This document shows, piece by piece, positions 8,849 through 18,400 of a stretch of DNA of 57,713 nucleotides. The position numbers and the translations under genes are program-made. How positions within the stretch are numbered: the stretch's first letter is position 1; every line of letters starts with the position of its first letter. The stretch is from a virus. Its lineage: Duplodnaviria; Caudoviricetes. Location of the stretch: positions 1 to 57,713 of IMG/VR virus record IMGVR_UViG_3300020477_000028; one strand, 5' to 3'. Below the pieces are notes generated by a model. That model saw nothing but the letters and a program-made list of their open reading frames with translations. It made no database searches and was not told where the DNA came from.

Positions 8849-10702
8849 ATGGATAAAAGTAATCAAATACTTAGCGACATTGTTGTCTTTAACAAGTACG
8901 CAAAGTATCTACCAAACAAGAAAAGAAGAGAGACATGGGAAGAAATTGTAACTCGTTATACAGATATGATGATACAAAAATATCCCGAACAGAAACAGAA
9001 AATATTAGATTACAAACCATATTTAATAGAAAAGAAAGTTCTCATGTCAATGAGAGCTGCACAATTCGCAGGTCCCGCTATTGTAAAATCGGAATCTCGT
9101 GTTTATAATTGTGCTTATCTTCCAATTAATGATTATAGAGGGTTTTCAGAAGCTATGTTTTTACTACTTGGTGGTACAGGAGTAGGATACTCAGTACAAA
9201 AACATCATATAGATCAGCTTCCTGAAATTGTTAAACCTAGAAAATCTCAAAAATATTTAGTTGGAGACTCTATTGAAGGATGGGCAGATGCTGTTAGACA
9301 TTTAATGGCAGCATATTTTGGATTCAGAAAAACTAAACCTGTATTTGATTATTCAGATATTAGACCTAAAGGTTCTAGATTAGTTACCGCTGGAGGGAAA
9401 GCTCCAGGGCCTGATCCATTAAAAAAATGTCTTTTTAATGTAGAACTATTACTTGATAAAAAACAAGATGGTGATAAACTTTCTCCTCTCGAAGTTCATG
9501 ATATAGTTTGTTATATAGCAGACGCTGTACTCGCAGGAGGTATTAGAAGAGCAGCTCTTATATCTTTATTCTCTGCAGGAGATGAAGAAATGATTTCTGC
9601 TAAATCAGGCGCTTGGTGGGAAAATAATCCACAAAGAGGACGTGCTAATAATTCAGCAGTTTTATTAAGACATAAAATTACTAAACAATTCTTTCTTAAT
9701 TTATGGAAAAGAATACAAGCTAGTGGTTCAGGAGAACCTGGTGTATATTTTTCAAATGATAAAGACTGGGGAACTAATCCGTGTTGTGAAATCGCATTGA
9801 GACCGTTTCAGTTTTGTAATTTAACAGAAATCAATGCAGGTAATATAAAAGATCAAGAAGACCTTAATAAACGTGCTGTAGTAGCTGCTTATTTTGGTAC
9901 ATTACAAGCAGGATTTACAAATTTTCATTATTTAAGAAGAGTATGGCAGGAAACAACTGAAAAAGATGCCTTAGTTGGTGTAGGAATGACAGGAATATGC
10001 AATGGTACAGTACTTGCACTTAATTTAACACAGGGAGCAGAAGCTGCAATTATATCTAATGCTAGCACAGCAGAAGAAATAGGTATTAATCGTGCAGCAA
10101 GAGTAACAACAGTTAAACCATCAGGTACAACTAGTTGTGTAGTAGGAACTTCTTCAGGTATACATGCATGGCATTCTCCTTATTATATAAGACGTATGCA
10201 ATGTACTAAAGATGAACAATTATATAAGTATTTAATTAAAAATCATCCTGAATTAGTAGAAGATATGACATTACTTCCTAACTCTGCAGTGATCGAATTA
10301 CCTCAGAAGGCCCCTAAAACAGGGATTTCTAGAAAATTTGAAACAGCTAAACAAATGTTAGAAAGAGTACAGAAATTTAATACAGAATGGGTTGAACCTG
10401 GACATTTAAAAGGAAATAATACTCATAATGTATCAGCTACTGTTTCTATCAAAGAAGAAGAATGGAAAATGGTAGGAAGTTGGATGTGGGAAAATAGAGA
10501 AACATTTAATGGTTTATCTGTATTACCTTATGATGGAGGTACATATGTACAAGCTCCTTTTGAAGAAATAAATGAGAAAAAATTCACTTCAATGTATAGA
10601 AAACTAAAAGAAATTGATTTGACAAAAGTAAAAGAAAAAGAAGATAATACAGATTTACAAGGAGAACTAGCATGTTCTGGTGGATCTTGTGAAATTACAT
10701 AA
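8849..10702 (+). CDS. nrdJ: Class II (adenosylcobalamin-dependent) ribonucleotide reductase, monomeric RTPR type
   Basis: YNCAY, GTGVG, GGIRRAALI, NPCCEI, FCNLTE, TVKPSGT and C-terminal CSGGSCEI; no ATP cone and no adjacent NrdB. Confidence 0.92.
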   Translation: MDKSNQILSDIVVFNKYAKYLPNKKRRETWEEIVTRYTDMMIQKYPEQKQKILDYKPYLIEKKVLMSMRAAQFAGPAIVKSESRVYNCAYLPINDYRGFSEAMFLLLGGTGVGYSVQKHHIDQLPEIVKPRKSQKYLVGDSIEGWADAVRHLMAAYFGFRKTKPVFDYSDIRPKGSRLVTAGGKAPGPDPLKKCLFNVELLLDKKQDGDKLSPLEVHDIVCYIADAVLAGGIRRAALISLFSAGDEEMISAKSGAWWENNPQRGRANNSAVLLRHKITKQFFLNLWKRIQASGSGEPGVYFSNDKDWGTNPCCEIALRPFQFCNLTEINAGNIKDQEDLNKRAVVAAYFGTLQAGFTNFHYLRRVWQETTEKDALVGVGMTGICNGTVLALNLTQGAEAAIISNASTAEEIGINRAARVTTVKPSGTTSCVVGTSSGIHAWHSPYYIRRMQCTKDEQLYKYLIKNHPELVEDMTLLPNSAVIELPQKAPKTGISRKFETAKQMLERVQKFNTEWVEPGHLKGNNTHNVSATVSIKEEEWKMVGSWMWENRETFNGLSVLPYDGGTYVQAPFEEINEKKFTSMYRKLKEIDLTKVKEKEDNTDLQGELACSGGSCEIT

Positions 10703-10709
10703 TTTTTTG

Positions 10710-10717
10710 TATATTTG
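10710..10717 (+). promoter_or_regulatory. Bacteroidota -7 promoter element
   Basis: TTTG-TATATTTG-CA context upstream of the ORF at 10748. Confidence 0.55.
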
Positions 10718-10747
10718 CATTATGAATAATAAAAATATAGTTGTAAT

Positions 10748-10945
10748 ATGGCCTTAGACGAAAAGATACCACAAGAAAATAGATTAGCTTCTTACAGATT
10801 AGAAGGAGAAACATACGAAGAGTATAAAGTACGTAGAAAATTAGCTAAAGAAGCAATTAAGCAATATTTACGTGGTACTGTAGTATGGAATAGTAGTGTT
10901 CAAGGTACATATATACGACCTAAAAATAAAGGCGGGACCGAATAA
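10748..10945 (+). CDS. Small hypothetical phage protein
   Basis: 65 aa, RLEGETYEEYKVRRK..VVWNSSVQGTYI; preceded by a promoter-like element. Confidence 0.7.
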   Translation: MALDEKIPQENRLASYRLEGETYEEYKVRRKLAKEAIKQYLRGTVVWNSSVQGTYIRPKNKGGTE

Positions 10946-11003
10946 TAGTAGGTGCCCAAGCAGAGTACAGTTTTGATTGGTTTCTCTATACTCTGCACCT
11001 AAG

Positions 11004-11038
11004 AAAGGCTAGTAATTAATTTTACTAGCCTTTTTTTT
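11004..11038 (+). terminator. Intrinsic terminator at the convergence of the replication and late modules
   Basis: AAAGGCTAGTAA/TTACTAGCCTTT 12-bp stem ending in a T8 run; possibly bidirectional. Confidence 0.85.
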
Positions 11039-11057
11039 ACCCAATTCCGTAGTAGAT

Positions 11058-11366
11058 CTACAGTTTGTACAAAGTATATTCTATTGTTAATTCTTTTCCT
11101 TGTGCTATACGTTCAGTTGTATATAATATGCGCCACTCTTTACTTTCATTTTCCTTCACCTCACAGTTAGGATGTTCTGAATGATTAATAAATCCGCCAA
11201 GTGGCGTACGTATATAATCATCTTCAAAATCAGGATCGTAAATATGAGTAATTCCTATTTCTATTCCCGCGGGAATGTCTTCTCTTGCAATAATCCCTGC
11301 ACCGTGAATATCAGAAGGACCTATAGCAAGATATTCAGGAAGAGGTTTATAAAGTTTTTTGGCCAT
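11058..11366 (-). CDS. SET-domain protein (putative lysine methyltransferase)
   Basis: SDIHGAGIIA (GxG), GFINHSEHPN (NHSxxPN) and GKELTIEY signature motifs. Confidence 0.85.
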   Translation of the reverse strand: MAKKLYKPLPEYLAIGPSDIHGAGIIAREDIPAGIEIGITHIYDPDFEDDYIRTPLGGFINHSEHPNCEVKENESKEWRILYTTERIAQGKELTIEYTLYKL

Positions 11367-11369
11367 ATA

Positions 11370-14300
11370 CTATTCTCTATAGTGATAACTTAATATATCA
11401 GGAACATATCTCCATCTTTCTGTATGTTTTACAAAAGGAATCATGTCTTTAACAGCCTTTCCAAGTTTAGTATCTCCTTTTCTTCGACCAGATTTATATT
11501 CTTCAAATTCACCATTAAATGCATCTTCAAAAAGTTGAGACCACACTGTAGCTATTCTTTGAGCCATAGTAGTACTAGTAGCAGGTGAAAGTAATAATCT
11601 ATATAATTCGTCTATACTGCTATATGCTCTTAATTCTGTATTTAAACGAACTGCAAAAAAGGCTAAATGATATGAAAGATAATCGTCATCATCATCTCCT
11701 CTGTCTTTGAAGTATAAAGAAATTTGATAAGCTAGCGCTGATACTGCTAATTCAGTTAATGTTCTTTTCACATTAGCTTTTTGATGTTCAGACATATTAC
11801 CCCACTCTTCTTTAGACATTGACAGTAATCCTTTTTTAGCCTCATAAGCATCATCTCTGGTTCTTTGAAATAGCTGTGCTACTTTTTTATAACCGTGATA
11901 CCCCATATATGCAAGAAATTTTAAAGTAGTTACATACATACCTTCTCTCATAGTTTTAGATCTAGGATCATATTGCATTGTAGTACTATCTCCAGAGTCT
12001 TCAGCGTCTTGAAAGAAAGATGCATTAGTTCTATCTTTAATATCTCTTTTTAAATTATAAATCGCTTTGGGCATGCCTTGTAGTCTTCGTCTAAAAGAAG
12101 ATGGAAAGAACTTACGCATACTCCATAAAGCTTGGCCCCACCAGTGTCTCTGCCCTGGAGCCATATTTCTTTCAGAATATGATCCATGCAAATCTTCATT
12201 TGTCATTTGTACCAATCGAGTTATATGCATAATCGCCTCAGCATTTTCCCTCTCCTCCTTGCTACGGATGTTAATATCTGGATTGAATTTTCCTGTAAAA
12301 TTATATGTTGTGTAGGTTTCTCCAGTTCTAACTTGAACTGATCTAACATCTGGATTTACTTCAAGTTTATAGGCATTATCTCCATGTTTAACACGTCTAT
12401 AAGCTTGAGCTAATGACATTGCTTCTTTTACATTAGTAGTGCTTCCGCTGCCGTCTTTATTTAAATACTTACCGTCTGCTCCTAATACCTTAACACTTCT
12501 AAGTATAGCATACATAATTAAATTATGCATATTATGCTCTGCCATACCATTTAAACCATGAAGAGTATTTGTATTAAATAAAGCTTTAAATTTATTATTA
12601 TATGCATAAGTATGTTGTCCCATTCTATAATCATTCATAGGATCATATATAAGACCTAATAAATTAGTTTTAGATTTAGGATAAGGTCTTCCTACATCAT
12701 CAATTATAAGCCCTAAATCCATTCCATAATCTTTTTCAGCATTTAATAAGTCACCATAATTATAAAACTCTGAACCAAGGCCCTCTATAGTAGATAAAGT
12801 TCCTCCTAATAATCTATTAGATATAGTAGTCATCCAGTTACCTGATAGTAAAGTTAATCCTATATATTGTAACCATAAATTCCATAGTTTTCTAACACTA
12901 ATATTACCAATTTTTACTCCTGCTTCCACAATAGCCTGACCAAACATTCTTTGTTCTATCAAATCTCTAGCAGCTTGTAAATTCATATTTGAAGGGTCCT
13001 TTGGAGCCACTTTAGGTTGTCCAACCATTGTATTTTTTACAAATGTTTTAAAACCAGCACTTTGCACTATTTGCCTATCTGCTAACAAAGTCATAAACAT
13101 CTCTAATACAGGAACTAGTTGATTTTTATAATGATAATTATAACTTACTTGTAATCCTACTAAAGCATTATCGTGAACATTAAAAGATTGGTCCTCAAGA
13201 TCTAGTTTTTGTCTATAATAAATAGGAATATGCTGATTTTGTCTTCCCTTAGAATTTGTTCTTACAATACGTTTCCAGGCACCGTCTCTGCTAAAAGTTA
13301 ATTGAGTTTCATTAGCTTCTTGTCCTTGATTTAACTGTACAACACTATCTACATCCTTACCCTTTTTATATTGAACCATTTCACTTAATCCTGTCTTAAC
13401 AAATTTCCAAAAATCTCTCATACTATGTACATCTTCAGTAAATCTTTCATGTAAAGTTTTATATTTACCGATCATTCTATATCTAAGTTTGAACTCTGCA
13501 CCATATAAACTATCAGCCTCTCTAAGACTTTGCATAATTCCTTGATAATATTTATACACAGGACTTTCAGGATCTTCTTTTCGAAGTCTTTCTATTTCTT
13601 TATATTGTTGAGATTCATATTCTTTTACAGATCTTACTACAATTCCAGTTTTTCTTAGAACATAATCTCTAACTGCTACTTTATTTAAATTTTTACTTGG
13701 CACATGTAAAGAATCTTCATATTTAAATAATTCATCTTTTAAAGAATCTTCTAACATGGCTGCTTCAGCCATTACTTTTGCTTTTTCTTCTTTATATGTA
13801 AAAATAGCTTTATCTAATTTTTTAAATTTACGAAGTTGTTCTGTGGTAGGATTTTCTAAAGCTGCGATTCTATTATGTTCTTTTAAAGCAGGTTTTAATA
13901 TTTTATTAATCTCTCTTACTCTCTTCCATTTATTATTTAATTTAAGCTTATTATTTGGTATATGCTCTGTAGAAGCATCATTATCATATGTAGTATTTTG
14001 TGAATATAATTTACTTAAATTCATATATAATTTAAAATTTTCAGGAGACTTAGCCTTATCTATCATTCCCACCTCATCTAAAACAGAATCTTTTTTAATT
14101 TCAGACATTTTTGTTCTAATAGCAGATAATGTTTCATACCACTCACTGTGCCATCTGCTAACATAATATCCAGTTCCTTGAGTTTCAGACAATGCTCCGC
14201 TTTCATCTATTGCACGCTCTGCAATAAATTCAAAAAACTGAACAGGATTTCCAGCACCCTGGCCTCTTTGTTTTTGATACGCTATATAATCTGCATATAA

Positions 14301-15431
14301 TTTATTAAGTTTACTAGCTCGATCGTTAAATCGTAACTTTGCTTTGTCTTCTACGTTTAATATAGCAGCATTTAAAGCTCTTAACATAGGACTAGTCGTT
14401 TGAGAAGCATTTATAGCCCATCTTTGAAGTGATCCTATATCTGTACCTATAGCCAATAAGTTTTTTACATATTCTTTAGCATCGTTTTTATGGCTCATAT
14501 CATTTTTTGCCATTTCTGAATCTACATGCTTTTGAACTCGAAGGCGCCACTGTTGTATATTCTCTTCTTTTTTTCTTTTTCCTTCTGGAGTTTCTATATA
14601 AGATCGCCTATAATACTCTCTTACATTAGCTAACCATTCTTCTCCATTACCTAGTATTTTTTCAGATACAAAATCAACAGCTTTTTCTCTATAAATATTA
14701 TCAATAGTATCTATATCATTAGATAATCTCTGTAATACCCTGATCATATCTTGAGGTAATCCATATTTTTTACCTTTAGGTAAATTTTTATTACTTAATT
14801 CTGTAGCTTCTTTTAAAATATCATTTATATCTCCATATGTATCAAGTATTTGATAGATTTCTTGAAGTTGATGCGCAGTTAAACTATCACCTTTTAGATC
14901 TATAAGCCTTTGTATGGCCTCTATCTCTCGGACTGCATTTTGAATATAAATAGCATACCCTTTCGTTTCAGTAGCATTAGCAATTTCAGCAACAATTTGT
15001 TCAATTTGCAGTTTTAGTTTATTTCTATTATGAACAGTTTGTTTAACTCTTCGTAAATTTTGTAATCTAGTAGTTAAAGATTCAATTACTTTCATTAATC
15101 TATTTGCTGCAGCAGAAGTAGCTATATTAAATTGTTTTATATTAAAACCTTTTTTATTTAAATCCCATTCAGCTTGAAATTTTATTACATCATCAAATAA
15201 AGGCTCCCCATATATATCTAATTTAGAAACACCATCTGTATGTTTTAGTTTATAAAGATCTGGATCTTTTGTCCAATCCCCCCATAAACTTAAAAATCGA
15301 GGAGTAAATAGATTTCTATAAGCTAATTCAGCCTTAGATTGATCACCATACCATTCTTCTAATTCTTTAAATAGCTTACTATCTACTTGTTTTCCTGTTA
15401 CAGGATCTTTTACTTTAAACGTACAGGCCAT
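11370..15431 (-). CDS. Large virion cargo/ejection protein (crAss-like, downstream of RNAP)
   Basis: 1353 aa, helical composition, hydrophobic segments in the C-terminal half; immediately follows the virion RNAP gene as in crAss-like genomes. Confidence 0.7.
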   Translation of the reverse strand: MACTFKVKDPVTGKQVDSKLFKELEEWYGDQSKAELAYRNLFTPRFLSLWGDWTKDPDLYKLKHTDGVSKLDIYGEPLFDDVIKFQAEWDLNKKGFNIKQFNIATSAAANRLMKVIESLTTRLQNLRRVKQTVHNRNKLKLQIEQIVAEIANATETKGYAIYIQNAVREIEAIQRLIDLKGDSLTAHQLQEIYQILDTYGDINDILKEATELSNKNLPKGKKYGLPQDMIRVLQRLSNDIDTIDNIYREKAVDFVSEKILGNGEEWLANVREYYRRSYIETPEGKRKKEENIQQWRLRVQKHVDSEMAKNDMSHKNDAKEYVKNLLAIGTDIGSLQRWAINASQTTSPMLRALNAAILNVEDKAKLRFNDRASKLNKLYADYIAYQKQRGQGAGNPVQFFEFIAERAIDESGALSETQGTGYYVSRWHSEWYETLSAIRTKMSEIKKDSVLDEVGMIDKAKSPENFKLYMNLSKLYSQNTTYDNDASTEHIPNNKLKLNNKWKRVREINKILKPALKEHNRIAALENPTTEQLRKFKKLDKAIFTYKEEKAKVMAEAAMLEDSLKDELFKYEDSLHVPSKNLNKVAVRDYVLRKTGIVVRSVKEYESQQYKEIERLRKEDPESPVYKYYQGIMQSLREADSLYGAEFKLRYRMIGKYKTLHERFTEDVHSMRDFWKFVKTGLSEMVQYKKGKDVDSVVQLNQGQEANETQLTFSRDGAWKRIVRTNSKGRQNQHIPIYYRQKLDLEDQSFNVHDNALVGLQVSYNYHYKNQLVPVLEMFMTLLADRQIVQSAGFKTFVKNTMVGQPKVAPKDPSNMNLQAARDLIEQRMFGQAIVEAGVKIGNISVRKLWNLWLQYIGLTLLSGNWMTTISNRLLGGTLSTIEGLGSEFYNYGDLLNAEKDYGMDLGLIIDDVGRPYPKSKTNLLGLIYDPMNDYRMGQHTYAYNNKFKALFNTNTLHGLNGMAEHNMHNLIMYAILRSVKVLGADGKYLNKDGSGSTTNVKEAMSLAQAYRRVKHGDNAYKLEVNPDVRSVQVRTGETYTTYNFTGKFNPDINIRSKEERENAEAIMHITRLVQMTNEDLHGSYSERNMAPGQRHWWGQALWSMRKFFPSSFRRRLQGMPKAIYNLKRDIKDRTNASFFQDAEDSGDSTTMQYDPRSKTMREGMYVTTLKFLAYMGYHGYKKVAQLFQRTRDDAYEAKKGLLSMSKEEWGNMSEHQKANVKRTLTELAVSALAYQISLYFKDRGDDDDDYLSYHLAFFAVRLNTELRAYSSIDELYRLLLSPATSTTMAQRIATVWSQLFEDAFNGEFEEYKSGRRKGDTKLGKAVKDMIPFVKHTERWRYVPDILSYHYRE

Positions 15432-15433
15432 AA

Positions 15434-18400
15434 TTAATCACATTTTTTATTTGGTTTTCTACTCGCTTTTTCTACTCTACCTAGAGCATCTCTACTATCT
15501 TTATTATTAAAGATAGAACTTATAAAGTTATTTCTTTGAGTTTTTGCATCTCGCAAATCTACGGATTTTTCGACAAATTCATCTACTGTTCTAAATAATA
15601 AATCATATAAACTATCATTTTTTTCTATATTAAATAAATCAAGAAGTGCTTTTACAAAAGATTTCCATAAAGATTGTACATTACCTTGACTATCTGTAAC
15701 TACTGACTTTTTTAATTGTTTTATAACTATAGGATCAGTTAAACCATAAGTAATAAACTCTCCTAACATTTTAGTATGTACAAGCTCATCATTAACAGGA
15801 TCTCCTGTAAAATTATCTGGATTAAGATATTGTGCCAAAGCTTTAGGCATTGTATCCACATGTTCTGTTAAATACATGCTAGCAATTGTTCCTATTTTTT
15901 TTCTAAATTCAGGATTTTTAGAAACTCCCTCAACTGTATAATAATGTAATAATTCATGTAGAACTGCTATTCCTATTTCTTTCTTATTTAATTTTCCATC
16001 TTTTTTAAGTTCTCTAACAATTATCGCTGATTGACTATATTGTTCATTATATTGATACTGTGCTACAATAGTTTTACTTTTACTTAAAAATAATCCGAAT
16101 TCATTCTCAGGTACAAACATTAAATCTATAGGGTTACCTTGTAATTTATTTCTCATAAGATTATAAATTAAAGTATAAGTATTACTATTTCCCATTTCAT
16201 GTTGTAGCATATCTAAAAGAGTTATTGCAGGTATAGAATTGTTAGGAATACTCATCATTTCTCCTTTATATTCATATAAAGCAGCTTCTTCTAAATTCAA
16301 CATATCGATTAGAGTATTATTTCCAATTAAATGTCGTGCTTTATTCATAAAATAACTATATCCTTGATATACACCTTTCTCATTTGCTAAAGATAAATCT
16401 CCTTTAGTATTTAAAAGAGATTCTTTCATCTCTAAATTGTATTTTAAAGCAGAATTAATAGCATCTTCTATACGTACTCCTTTTTCTATAGCTTCTGAAA
16501 TTGTTTTAAATGTACCAAGTTTTATAGCCCCATTGATATTTTGTAAAGGTGCCATAAATGAATTTTTTAATTCATATCCAGGATCTAAAATACTATTTAA
16601 ATCTTGTTTTATATCTATAATATCAAAACTCATAGAAGTAAAATCAGAAGATTCTCCTTGAGTGCTGACAAATCTTTCCCCATCTCTTTCAGAAGACTCA
16701 TTAAATGCTATTCCTAATTCAGAATTAATTTCTAAAGCTTGATTTCTAGAAACTCCTCCTTCTAAATAACTCTCTGTAATATCTAATATACTTTTTTCTT
16801 CTAATAAATATCTTGTTTGTCCTTTTTTATCTACAACAGAAATTTCATTTTCTTTTATTGCAGTAGTTCCTGGAGATTCATATATATTTTTACCTTTATC
16901 ATACCTACCAGTTCTTTCAGCTAATCTATAAACAGCATTTCCTGTTTTATCATAACCTAAATGCTCATATAAATGTCTAGAAGTTCCTTGTTTTAATTCT
17001 AAAAAAGGAGTAAATATAGGATAACCAGTACTATCTTCTAATACAGGAGCTGGATGAGTTACATATCTCATTCTACTTCCTTTTGGCTCTAAAACAATAT
17101 GTAAAGGCATTCCACCTATACCTTTAACATCCATTTTACCTTCTTTACCTTTTAATTGTATCTCAGGAACAAGAGAAGTATTACCTGTTTGACCTCTTAA
17201 AAAATCCATTATCTCTGAACGATTCATTCCTAAGTCTTTAATATTATTTATTAAAATACCATATTCTTGATAAATACCAGTTTCTGTTTCAAAATCAAGA
17301 GGAGCTAATTCATGATAAGAAAATAAAGTATTTTGCATTCCAGATTCTACTAAAGAGACTTTGTATAAATCTTTAGCAAATTTTTGTATATTTTTATCTT
17401 CATGGTTTAATAAAGAATCCCAAGCTTCTGTCAACACATCTTTTTCTTTACCATCTTTTTTAGTTGTTGCAGGACTAGTTATATAATCATATCCGTCTTT
17501 AAGATTTGAAAAATTAGGAGTTAAATATCTAATTAAAGCATTATCTTTAATAGGGCTCTTTTCATCATTTTTATATTTATATAATTTTTGAGCTATTGAA
17601 TCCTTCCCATAAAATAAATCTTCAACATTGATAGATTTCCAATAAGGAGTTTTTGTAAATAAATATGTTTTAAATGCATTATAAGTTTTTCTAAGAAATT
17701 CTTCATCTGTTTTCATTTGCCACTTCTTCCCTACAGTATTACCTATCTCATATATAGATTCTTCAATCATTGGATTTCCTAAAATAAAATAATCTTTAAA
17801 TAAATTATACATAAGATCAGGACCATTACTTTGATATTTACCTAACATTGTTCCTTCAAATCTTTCATTAAATCCTTCAAATGTACTTTCTAAAACAGCT
17901 TGTTCAATAAGATTTCTAGAAATTATTGATCCTAAAAGACCCCTATTAGCTCCTACAGTATCTGCTTTAGAAGCTGAAACTATTTTATTTAAAGAAGACG
18001 CTTTTTTCTTCATATCTAAGAAAAATTTAAATAATACTAATTCTTGATACATATCATTAGTTGTAGTTTTATCTATCATATTATGAAGATCTTTTACAGT
18101 AATAATATCATCAATTTTTAATTCATTATTATTTATCTTTTCTAAAGTTTCTTGATATATTTTTGAATCTTCAATTTCTGTTTTAATGTCATGTTTTGTT
18201 CTAACATAATATTTTGCTAAACTTTCAGGACTTGATAAATTTGTGATTGGAAGAGGGTCTGTTTTTTTCAAACCTCTTTCCTCTTTTAATGCTTTACTAA
18301 GAGCATCTATTATTATATTTTCTGCTTTACTATAATACGTTTTACCATTAATTTCTAATCCTTCAGTACTCCCTCTTAAATATTTCTCGTATTTAACATA

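Noticed and set aside
8849-10702. Intein or intron in RNR (also considered for helicase and RNAP)
   Set aside because: RNR and helicase lengths and motif spacing look normal; no intein termini or homing-endonuclease motifs noticed.
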